IMG/VR virus record: IMGVR_UViG_3300035703_000051 | Strand: one strand, 5' to 3' | DNA: 24,205 nucleotides | Origin: an uncultured virus (IMG/VR IMGVR_UViG_3300035703_000051) | Lineage: Duplodnaviria > Heunggongvirae > Uroviricota > Caudoviricetes | Shown: piece by piece, positions 16,965 through 24,003 of the stretch | How the letters are laid out: every line of letters begins with the position of its first letter | Numbering within the stretch: the stretch's first letter is position 1 | Translations under genes and position numbers: made by a program | The notes under the pieces: generated by a model | What the model was told of the DNA's origin: nothing | Databases searched by the model: none | The model's input: the letters and a program-made list of their open reading frames with translations, nothing else

Positions 16965-17022
16965 CCTGGGCGTCCGTACTCGTTGTGCAGATAGCACAGA
17001 AGGAGACGGTGTAAGTCCCAGG
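16965..17022 (+). ncRNA. Structured intergenic repeat family B, copy 2
   Basis: CCTGGGC-GT-CCGT...ACGG-TGTAAGT-CCCAGG. Confidence 0.65.
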
Positions 17023-17052
17023 ACTCAACTCAACCTCAACATCAAACTAACC

Positions 17053-17325
17053 ATGGACCAAAAGCAAACCTATCCTCAGAACGAGTATTACTACCTGGAA
17101 GAAGTCCGTTCCATCCTCAAGAATGTCCTAGCTCGTGAAGCGAAGCGACATCAGATGGATCAACATCTTGTTCCAGGTACAGAAGATGTAATCACAGAGA
17201 TCATTGCCATGCTGGAAGAACAGCTGGACTATGATCCAACACCAAATGAACTTGGTGAACCACCAATTACATCGGATGAAATGCATACAGCTGCATGGAA
17301 AGAACATGTAGCAATGCATTCATAA
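17053..17325 (+). CDS. Hypothetical protein (90 aa)
   Basis: ATG at 17053 after a long G-free leader. Confidence 0.75.
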   Translation: MDQKQTYPQNEYYYLEEVRSILKNVLAREAKRHQMDQHLVPGTEDVITEIIAMLEEQLDYDPTPNELGEPPITSDEMHTAAWKEHVAMHS

Positions 17326-17338
17326 ATCTTAGTCTCAC

Positions 17339-17362
17339 CCCCTGCTTTCTTAGCAGGGGTTT
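17339..17362 (+). terminator. Terminator-like hairpin
   Basis: CCCCTGCT-TTCTT-AGCAGGGG followed by TTT (short U tract). Confidence 0.5.
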
Positions 17363-17394
17363 AAGTTACAATAAGCAGGATTTTATTTCTTGTC

Positions 17395-17754
17395 ATGCCT
17401 GGAGGTTGGTTAACACCTGAAGCTCGCAAACGTTGGGAGCAAGCCAATCCTGAAAAGATGGCTGCGCAGCAGCAGCGACAAAAGATGAAGAGACAAACTC
17501 CAGAAGGACGCAAGAAACGAAATGCTGCAACTTTAGTTCAGAAAAGAGTAGCAAGAGGTAAATACCCCAAGGTATCTGTATTTAAGTGCGTTGATTGTGA
17601 GCGTCAAGCTCAACATTATCACCACACTGATTACGATTTACCTTGGTTGGTAGTTCCTATGTGTTATTTTTGTCACAGACAAGAACATTTACGTCTTGCT
17701 CCCCCCAATCCCCCGAAGGGAGTACCAGGGGATATCTCTTCTATAGATAGATAA
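17395..17754 (+). CDS. HNH-type (His-Me finger) endonuclease
   Basis: CVDC...HYHHTDY...VVPMCYFCHRQEH with a basic N-terminus. Confidence 0.7.
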   Translation: MPGGWLTPEARKRWEQANPEKMAAQQQRQKMKRQTPEGRKKRNAATLVQKRVARGKYPKVSVFKCVDCERQAQHYHHTDYDLPWLVVPMCYFCHRQEHLRLAPPNPPKGVPGDISSIDR

Positions 17755-17840
17755 TCATCCCCCAGATATAAGCATTACTTATACATCATTCATTCCTTGA
17801 CAACCCTGGTAGACTTCACTCGTTACTCAACTCATCACCA

Positions 17841-18050
17841 ATGACAAATCCCAACACTCCACGCATTCCTGATTCAATTGACATCCAAAGACTCCAAGCT
17901 ATGCAGCTTGTAGCCAAGATGAAAGAATCAGCAGAGAAACATGGCATCGGTTTTATTGGGGGCTTTATTGCCCCCAATGGAGAGAAATTCGTCATGACAA
18001 ATATGGATGACGATGATGCCATGACACTTATGCCGGAAGATCTCAAATGA
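17841..18050 (+). CDS. Hypothetical protein (69 aa)
   Basis: ATG after ACTCAACTCATCACCA; ATGA overlap with next gene. Confidence 0.75.
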   Translation: MTNPNTPRIPDSIDIQRLQAMQLVAKMKESAEKHGIGFIGGFIAPNGEKFVMTNMDDDDAMTLMPEDLK

Positions 18051-18247
18051 CTAAAGAACATTCACCAATCAACTTTGATAAAACGATTGCTGGATTCAAT
18101 GTCACAGAACATGGAATCAAATCGTTTACTAAATCGTTTCAGCTTGGTCCGTTCCAGCTCACACTCAATGCTCGTGAGTCTGGTGTCCGTGGATCAATCA
18201 GTATCCCTGGTACAGGACTAAGCAAACGAAACATTAAATTATTCTAA
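18047..18247 (+). CDS. Small beta-rich protein, DUF4236-like
   Basis: LGPFQLTLN...SISIPGTGLS resembles the DUF4236 C-terminal motif. Confidence 0.5.
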   Translation: MTKEHSPINFDKTIAGFNVTEHGIKSFTKSFQLGPFQLTLNARESGVRGSISIPGTGLSKRNIKLF

Positions 18248-18248
18248 A

Positions 18249-18310
18249 GATCTGGGCATCTATTCAGCAACGCCGCGTCCAGGACAAGCTGGAAGTGTAA
18301 GTCCCAGATC
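18249..18310 (+). ncRNA. Structured intergenic repeat family B, copy 3
   Basis: GATCTGGGC-ATCT...AG-TGTAAGT-CCCAGATC; outer stem covaries relative to copies 1 and 2. Confidence 0.65.
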
Positions 18311-18334
18311 CCGTCCACCTACTCAACTCAAATC

Positions 18335-18520
18335 ATGTCTGCTTACACCGATGACATCAACTTGTTTGATCGAATCAATCTTGCTGCCTGCGCTGTGCGC
18401 AGAGCACAAGGATGCATACTTGACGAACAACGTTTCAATGCTGAGTACGAAAGTGCTCGTGCATGGAACAAGTACAAGTGTGTCATTACCAAACACTATT
18501 CCTACGTGGATGACAACTGA
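18335..18520 (+). CDS. Hypothetical protein (61 aa)
   Basis: ACTCAACTCAAATC leader; TGATG overlap with next gene. Confidence 0.7.
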   Translation: MSAYTDDINLFDRINLAACAVRRAQGCILDEQRFNAEYESARAWNKYKCVITKHYSYVDDN

Positions 18521-18762
18521 TGACAGTCCTTGCAATTGAAGACACTCACTTCACTCAAACCCATGTCACAGTTACAGCAGTTGTTGACGACATGCGCCTG
18601 CTCTATCGGGCGACTCGCTTCGAACCTGAAGAGTGGGCTCCTGCATTGTGTCGAGCAACTATTGAACTGGATCCAGAGGAATCAATCCCTCTTGACGAAG
18701 ATGGCTTCTGTAGCTATCTTGATGACCTCGATCCTCAATGGGAACTCATCGAGTGTGACTAA
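18520..18762 (+). CDS. Acidic hypothetical protein (80 aa)
   Basis: Coupled start; D/E-rich. Confidence 0.7.
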   Translation: MTVLAIEDTHFTQTHVTVTAVVDDMRLLYRATRFEPEEWAPALCRATIELDPEESIPLDEDGFCSYLDDLDPQWELIECD

Positions 18763-18771
18763 CTAAGTCAC

Positions 18772-18800
18772 GCGTCCTGAGCATGACGTTAAACTGCTCA
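18772..18800 (+). ncRNA. Candidate H-type pseudoknot leader element (family C, copy 2)
   Basis: GCGTC-CTGAGCAT-GACGT-TAAAC-TGCTCA; loop TGAGCA is perfectly complementary to TGCTCA. Confidence 0.55.
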
Positions 18801-18829
18801 ACACTACGAACCAACTACGAACTCAACTC

Positions 18830-20536
18830 ATGCATTTCCAACTTCCTTCTCACCTCCAACAAGAACTCCTTGCTTACGACCCACAGCTCAAGGCTTTGGT
18901 ACGTGAGCAACAACCTAAGAAGACCACCAAGAAAGCTAAGTATCCACTGGGTAACATTCCGCATCTCATCCCTGAGACTGTGGTACGCAGCAGCTTGCAG
19001 CAAGATGCAATCGACCGTATCAATGGTGAGCTAGCACCAGGGAGATTCCATACATTTACCAAGGTGGTTGATGTGGCTACACCTCAGGCACGCACTGTGC
19101 CATTTGCCATCATCTATCACTTCGAGCAATGCTGGTATGCAGCATGGCTTCCGCAGCGTGGCGAAGACTATCTCTATGGCTACGCCTACGCATTCAAGAA
19201 CACTGCAGCAGCAGCTAAAGTCGTACCCAACCACATCTGGAACAGTAAAGATCAATGTACTGAGCACCAAGTGGGTCGCGGTCTGCAGACCTTTACTTAC
19301 TCTGCAACTGTTACCAAGCAAGACATCATTGCTGGTGCAGATGGACGCAAGTGGCGTGCCATGGGAATAGCTTCTTATTACCAGAAAGCACGTGAGATCA
19401 ACCAGGCCATTAATGCGTTTGAGCAAGAGCTGATGGCAACCATTCCAACATGGAATGATTCACGCAGCATCTTTGATCGCCTTAAGTGCACCAACGTGCT
19501 TGATGCATTAGATCTACCTAGTTACTTTACAAATCGCGTAAAGGATAAAGACAGCTTTCAACTTACTGTTGATTCATTAATTGCTACATCAAAGAAAGCT
19601 GGCGACTATGGTAGCTATCCCCATTTCCATTCAATCTTGACAGGCATTGAACATATCATTACAACTCCATGGATCAAGAAAGAATTGCAATATGAATTAG
19701 ATCGTTCTACTGCAGTATGGAATACTCCAAGCAATAATTTGCGTAAATCAATTAAGTATGGTTTTAACGCATTTGAGCATATCTGTAATTCAATTCATTT
19801 CATTAATCAGATCTGGCCTGATTGTCCCATCGATCACTATCGTACGTACTACGAAGAACTGCGTCATGTCAATCTTGGTCATCTGCGTCGTAGCGATCAG
19901 ATGATTAACTGGCTGCGTGAGCATATGCCTGTTACATCAATGTTTAATATCCTGCGTAAGTTCCATGAATCAGAAACTAATGGACGTGTAAGTACACTGA
20001 GTGATCATGATTACCCAATCAAATCATTCTGGGAACTTAACGATACATTCTCCATGATCATGCGTGTTTTGCAAGATGGTAAAACACTTGAGCCTCCCAA
20101 GCGTTGGCGTATGCCTGATTTCCATGACTATGTGCAAGCAGAAGCATGGAAGGTTACCAACAAGAATGAATCACTGCACCAGGATCTATTCCCTGCACCT
20201 GTCAAGGTCAGCATGGATGGCAGTGAATGGACATTCATTCAACCCATCGACACCCATCAGCTGGCCCAGTGGGGTCAAGCTGTACGCAACTGTGTTGGCT
20301 CTGCGTCCCAGTATGCAGAGAACATCAAGAAGCGCAAGCACTTCATTGTGCTCTGCATGATTGATGGCAAGCCAACCTTTACCATCCAACTGGATGTATC
20401 CATGGGTGTGATGAACGTCAAGCAGATTGCTGGCGTAGGCAACCAGCGATTAGATGATGATCAACGTGAGCAGTACTCACAAGCATTCAAGCAAGCCTTG
20501 CAATCTCGTGAATCTGAGCTAAGCTCTAAGAGCTGA
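18830..20536 (+). CDS. PcfJ-like domain protein
   Basis: C-terminal FHD...QPIDTHQLAQWGQAVRNCVGS...Y...FTIQL...KQIAGVGN matches the PcfJ-like signature. Confidence 0.75.
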   Translation: MHFQLPSHLQQELLAYDPQLKALVREQQPKKTTKKAKYPLGNIPHLIPETVVRSSLQQDAIDRINGELAPGRFHTFTKVVDVATPQARTVPFAIIYHFEQCWYAAWLPQRGEDYLYGYAYAFKNTAAAAKVVPNHIWNSKDQCTEHQVGRGLQTFTYSATVTKQDIIAGADGRKWRAMGIASYYQKAREINQAINAFEQELMATIPTWNDSRSIFDRLKCTNVLDALDLPSYFTNRVKDKDSFQLTVDSLIATSKKAGDYGSYPHFHSILTGIEHIITTPWIKKELQYELDRSTAVWNTPSNNLRKSIKYGFNAFEHICNSIHFINQIWPDCPIDHYRTYYEELRHVNLGHLRRSDQMINWLREHMPVTSMFNILRKFHESETNGRVSTLSDHDYPIKSFWELNDTFSMIMRVLQDGKTLEPPKRWRMPDFHDYVQAEAWKVTNKNESLHQDLFPAPVKVSMDGSEWTFIQPIDTHQLAQWGQAVRNCVGSASQYAENIKKRKHFIVLCMIDGKPTFTIQLDVSMGVMNVKQIAGVGNQRLDDDQREQYSQAFKQALQSRESELSSKS

Positions 20537-20545
20537 AGCCACAGC

Positions 20546-20579
20546 AGGGGCGTCCTATCCTCGTTATATGGGCGCTCCT
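20546..20579 (+). promoter_or_regulatory. Intergenic hairpin
   Basis: AGGGGCGTCC / GGGCGCTCCT 10-bp stem, 7 nt before the ATG at 20587. Confidence 0.45.
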
Positions 20580-20586
20580 TTAACTC

Positions 20587-20805
20587 ATGTCTGATTACAC
20601 AGATGATCAATTGCTTGCCATGGCAATGGCAAACATCGGTGAATACATTCATGACAATTCACCGCAGTACATCCTGATCGAAGACGATCCACGCAACGAG
20701 GAAGACTACGACACATGGGAGTATGGCACTGAGCCATTACCTCATGACCACACTTGGCACTCAACATCAATTGATGTAGAGGTAAGTCCAAGTGTGGCCG
20801 ACTAG
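20587..20805 (+). CDS. Very acidic hypothetical protein (72 aa)
   Basis: About 18 D/E versus 1 R; stop lies inside the tRNA. Confidence 0.7.
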   Translation: MSDYTDDQLLAMAMANIGEYIHDNSPQYILIEDDPRNEEDYDTWEYGTEPLPHDHTWHSTSIDVEVSPSVAD

Positions 20806-20871
20806 CCCAACGGCAGAGGCAAACGACTTAAAATCGTTCAAGTCCCGGTTCGAATCCGGGGTCGGCTACCA
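20796..20871 (+). tRNA. trnL: tRNA-Leu (anticodon TAA), short variable loop, encoded CCA
   Basis: Acceptor GGCCGAC/GTCGGCT, D arm GCC...GGC, anticodon arm AACGA-CTTAAAA-TCGTT, T arm CCCGG-TTCGAAT-CCGGG, A73, CCA. Confidence 0.92.
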
Positions 20872-20894
20872 ATCCAACATTCAACTCAACCATC

Positions 20895-21257
20895 ATGCAA
20901 ATCTTTGCTGCATTTAAAGCTTTCATTCCTGAGTTTCATGCATACTCAGATGATGAGCGTCGCTACAACATCGGTGCTACATGGACCGATAACAATGGCT
21001 TGCAGGATTACCACAACCTGCAGGTTAAGTACGTTCGCAACTCAGAACGTCTTGCGCTCCAGGGTGATCCGCAGCCTGATGGCAGCTGGAAGTACGTTGA
21101 ACCCAACGGTGCTGTCCACATCATCTCAGCTGAACGTGCTCGGCACTTCATGGAAAAAACCCATGAGCATGCAACACTCATGTGCGGCATGATCGAGCGC
21201 CTCAAGCAGGCTGGTCTCGCTGATCAATTCATTGACACCAGCGCAGAACCTGTTTAA
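20895..21257 (+). CDS. Hypothetical protein (120 aa)
   Basis: ATTCAACTCAACCATC leader; terminator downstream. Confidence 0.75.
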   Translation: MQIFAAFKAFIPEFHAYSDDERRYNIGATWTDNNGLQDYHNLQVKYVRNSERLALQGDPQPDGSWKYVEPNGAVHIISAERARHFMEKTHEHATLMCGMIERLKQAGLADQFIDTSAEPV

Positions 21258-21276
21258 ATAGCACGTGGGTGGATAG

Positions 21277-21301
21277 GCCCTCACGCAAGTGGGGGCTTTT
21301 T
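21277..21301 (+). terminator. Rho-independent terminator
   Basis: GCCCTCAC-GCAA-GTGGGGGC-TTTTT. Confidence 0.75.
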
Positions 21302-21305
21302 ACTT

Positions 21306-21668
21306 ATGACATTCCAACGACCTCAGCTCTCTCAATGTCCTGTTTGCAAAACACACAGTCTCATTACCATCGAGTCTCGCAAAACTGAACATGGTACACG
21401 TCGTCGTAAAGAATGCGAACATTGCAAGCATCGCATTACAACACATGAAGTATCTGTTGACTTTTATAACGAAGCAAAACAGAACATGCTTCTTGTATCT
21501 AAACTTTATGCGTTACTAAACAGTAACACTTTATTTCTTCAACCAGTAATAATCAAATGTATGGACTGTTGCCACAACCAAGGTGACAACTGTGCATTTG
21601 GTTTTCCTGAACACGACACACCTGATTCTTTTGATTGCAATCACTATGAGCAACAAACGTCAGTTTGA
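21306..21668 (+). CDS. NrdR-type zinc-ribbon protein lacking the ATP cone
   Basis: CPVC...IESRK...TRRRKECEHCKHRITTHE matches the NrdR N-terminal ribbon; second Cys cluster at the C-terminus. Confidence 0.7.
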   Translation: MTFQRPQLSQCPVCKTHSLITIESRKTEHGTRRRKECEHCKHRITTHEVSVDFYNEAKQNMLLVSKLYALLNSNTLFLQPVIIKCMDCCHNQGDNCAFGFPEHDTPDSFDCNHYEQQTSV

Positions 21669-21945
21669 TTACAGCATCGGCGATCGCGTAGCAGAACGCC
21701 CTAAGATCCATGGCGTTTTTGCTACACGTCTTGATTCTATTGAACGTATTAAACAGTATCGTCAACAACGATACGGTGAAGTAGTTGGCATTAACTACAA
21801 GAAGAATTCACGCGGACAACAACAACGATTCTTATTAATTAAATGGGACTATCTTGGTACAGCAACTGAACATGCTGTTGCCAGAATCTGTCCCGTGTCA
21901 GAATTAGAAAGACTATCAAATCAAACCATCGTACCAGGTGAATGA
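21646..21945 (+). CDS. Hypothetical protein, SH3-like pattern
   Basis: YSIGDRV...GEVVGI...LLIKWD pattern. Confidence 0.65.
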   Translation: MSNKRQFDYSIGDRVAERPKIHGVFATRLDSIERIKQYRQQRYGEVVGINYKKNSRGQQQRFLLIKWDYLGTATEHAVARICPVSELERLSNQTIVPGE

Positions 21946-22201
21946 CATGGAAAAGAAGACACTTCCTTTGTGGATGGAAATGAAACATCTAGATGAATCA
22001 TGGCATTCAAATCCTGGTCAAAAGTATGGCAAGTTCATGCGCATGATTGCTGAACGCATCACAACTGAACTAGCTGAAGTTGGTGGTGACCTTACGATTC
22101 GCATGCATACCATCGATGATGTGCTTGCTTGGTTAGAAGAGCAAGCCATTAAAGGTGATAATGATGTCCGTTACAACTATGATTGGGAGCGCAAAATCTA
22201 A
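21938..22201 (+). CDS. Hypothetical protein (87 aa)
   Basis: Tiles between neighbours. Confidence 0.7.
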   Translation: MNDMEKKTLPLWMEMKHLDESWHSNPGQKYGKFMRMIAERITTELAEVGGDLTIRMHTIDDVLAWLEEQAIKGDNDVRYNYDWERKI

Positions 22202-22202
22202 C

Positions 22203-22658
22203 ATGAATTCTAAACAGTGTACTAAGTGTAATCAAACAAAATCATTAACTGATTTTCATAAAGTAAATGCAAACACTGAAAGACGTAGAAGCATTTGCAA
22301 GTCTTGTCACAATGAAACATACAAGAGTAATTACAAAAAGAATCCTGAGAAGTATAGAGAGTATACAAACTCAAAACTGTATCGGCCAGAATTAAAACGT
22401 AAAGCAAATTTAAAAACTTTTGGTTTAACAATCCAACAGTATGAAGAAATGTTGCAACAGCAAAACGGTGTTTGTGCAATTTGTTTAGAAACCTGTACAA
22501 GCAAAAAGCGATTAGCCGTTGATCACTGCCATCTAACTGGTAAAGTACGTCAGCTTCTATGCAGACGATGTAACCAGTCAATGGGCAAGTTTAATGACGA
22601 TCCAGTTCTTTTACAAAAAGTTGTTGACTATTTATTAAAATGGCAAACGTCAAACTAG
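22203..22658 (+). CDS. Endonuclease VII-family nuclease (probable homing endonuclease)
   Basis: QNGVCAIC...LAVDHCHLTGKVRQLLCRRCN motif plus N-terminal CxxC...CxxC. Confidence 0.88.
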   Translation: MNSKQCTKCNQTKSLTDFHKVNANTERRRSICKSCHNETYKSNYKKNPEKYREYTNSKLYRPELKRKANLKTFGLTIQQYEEMLQQQNGVCAICLETCTSKKRLAVDHCHLTGKVRQLLCRRCNQSMGKFNDDPVLLQKVVDYLLKWQTSN

Positions 22659-23281
22659 TTTGGGCTACACCAGATGCAGAAAAACTTGTGGTCAAAATGG
22701 CACGAGTTTCAAATCCTAAGAACGAAGATAACTGGGAAACTGGACCAAAACTTCTTCGTTACTGTTTGAAAAATAAACACTTTTCTATATTTGAAATGGC
22801 AAACATGTGCGTTGAGATTGAAACCACACGTGCAATCTCACCGCAAATCTTGCGTCATCGTTCATTTTCGTTTCAGGAATTTAGTCAGCGTTATGCAGAT
22901 ACCAGCGAGCTTGGCTCTGCTGTAATACCTCATTTGCGTCGGCAAGACGCCAAGAACAGACAGAACAGTATCGATGATCTATCACCTGAATTAGTAGGTA
23001 CCTACTACAGACGGATCAGTGAATTGTACGAAGATGCTGAACACCTTTATCGCGAGATGGTCAGCAACGGCATTGCTAAGGAATGTGCCAGGTCAATCCT
23101 GCCACTTTCGACACAGACCCGTCTGTTCATGAACGGTACACTCAGGTCGTGGGTACACTACCTTGATCTACGCTGCTCCAATGGAACTCAATTCGAACAC
23201 CAGCAAATTGCAAGAGAGATCAGAAAAATCTTCTGCAAAGAATTCCCCATCATCGGAGAAGCTGCCTTCTCAGAAGAATGA
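22640..23281 (+). CDS. thyX: FAD-dependent thymidylate synthase
   Basis: HFSIFE, RHRSFSFQEFSQRY (RHRx7S), ECARSILP motifs. Confidence 0.96.
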   Translation: MANVKLVWATPDAEKLVVKMARVSNPKNEDNWETGPKLLRYCLKNKHFSIFEMANMCVEIETTRAISPQILRHRSFSFQEFSQRYADTSELGSAVIPHLRRQDAKNRQNSIDDLSPELVGTYYRRISELYEDAEHLYREMVSNGIAKECARSILPLSTQTRLFMNGTLRSWVHYLDLRCSNGTQFEHQQIAREIRKIFCKEFPIIGEAAFSEE

Positions 23282-23312
23282 GGAACTCAAGGATGATGTA
23301 AACAAATGGCGA

Positions 23313-23429
23313 TCAGAAGGTCGCGGTTGTTTGTTTTTCTAATTGTTTGATGGCATGCTTGGACTCCACATCCTTACGTGCTACTTTCTTTTTCTTATCC
23401 ACCAAGTAAACAATCAATGCCTTGTTCAT
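23313..23429 (-). CDS. Small basic peptide (38 aa) coupled to the DUF4278-like gene
   Basis: Manual translation MNKALIVYLVDKKKKVARKDVESKHAIKQLEKQTTATF; ATGA overlap with the upstream stop. Confidence 0.55.
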   Translation of the reverse strand: MNKALIVYLVDKKKKVARKDVESKHAIKQLEKQTTATF

Positions 23430-23578
23430 TTGATCTGGCCTCCAGTGACAAATGGAAAGTAGCAGATGTTACGGTACGTCAGGCAGAGCCAGGGACGGTG
23501 GGCTAAATTCCACCAACCAATGTCCGTCTTGGACTGCTCATCCTTGTCGTACTTGACACCGCGATAAGTAAGCGTCAT
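23426..23578 (-). CDS. DUF4278-like small protein (YRG motif)
   Basis: MTLTYRGVKYD...LTYRNICY: duplicated LTYR(G)xxY motif typical of cyanobacterial/cyanophage DUF4278. Confidence 0.75.
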   Translation of the reverse strand: MTLTYRGVKYDKDEQSKTDIGWWNLAHRPWLCLTYRNICYFPFVTGGQIK

Positions 23579-23584
23579 TATTCT

Positions 23585-23608
23585 GTAGCGGTTGATACGG
23601 AAAGTATA
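23585..23608 (-). promoter_or_regulatory. -10 box (TATACT) with NtcA-like GTA-N8-TAC site over the predicted transcription start
   Basis: GTAGCGGTTGATAC at 23585-23598; plus-strand AGTATA at 23603-23608. Confidence 0.5.
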
Positions 23609-23667
23609 TGACCGTTCATGTATATGATGTCGTTCACCAAGTAACACAACTACAAACTGATTCAACG

Positions 23668-24003
23668 ATGACTAAAGAACACCCGATCAATCCCCCGCCG
23701 GAGCTGGTTGAAGAGTGGGCGCATCTTTTCGTTGACCACACCGACACAGAAGTTTTCAGCGCTGTTGCCCAATGGGGCGCAGACCAGGAGCTGGAGGCGT
23801 GCTGCCACCTGCTGACACAGCAAGGGTTTGACTTTGTTAACGACCTCCGCGCCGCCCGCCGCCCCAAGCCGCCGAGCTTGAAGGAACAGGCGCTGATCCA
23901 CTTTGAGTCATTTGCAGCGACATTTGAAACATCTGGAGGAGATTCCGACTTGATTCGCCGCGCCCTTGAACAACTACCCGACTACACAAGTGAGGAACTC
24001 TAA
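23668..24003 (+). CDS. Hypothetical phage protein (HPIxPPPELV...QWGADQELEACC type)
   Basis: ATG at 23668; 1-nt overlap with next gene; locally higher GC. Confidence 0.75.
   Translation: MTKEHPINPPPELVEEWAHLFVDHTDTEVFSAVAQWGADQELEACCHLLTQQGFDFVNDLRAARRPKPPSLKEQALIHFESFAATFETSGGDSDLIRRALEQLPDYTSEEL

Noticed and set aside
16690..18525. Hammerhead cores at CTGATGA (about 16693 and 18517)
   Set aside because: Both are TGATG stop/start overlaps with no flanking stems or GAAA core.
13128..18830. CRISPR array
   Set aside because: Repeats are dispersed, separated by whole genes and variable inside; no regular repeat-spacer period or cas genes.
20796..20871. tRNA as prophage attachment site
   Set aside because: No integrase, no duplicated tRNA 3' end, and phage-like genes on both sides.
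23579..23667. Glutamine (Downstream-peptide/glnA) riboswitch before the DUF4278-like gene, and a second NtcA box at 23641
   Set aside because: CGTTCA motifs are on the wrong strand and the predicted leader is too short; the 23641 site is GTA-N7-TAC.
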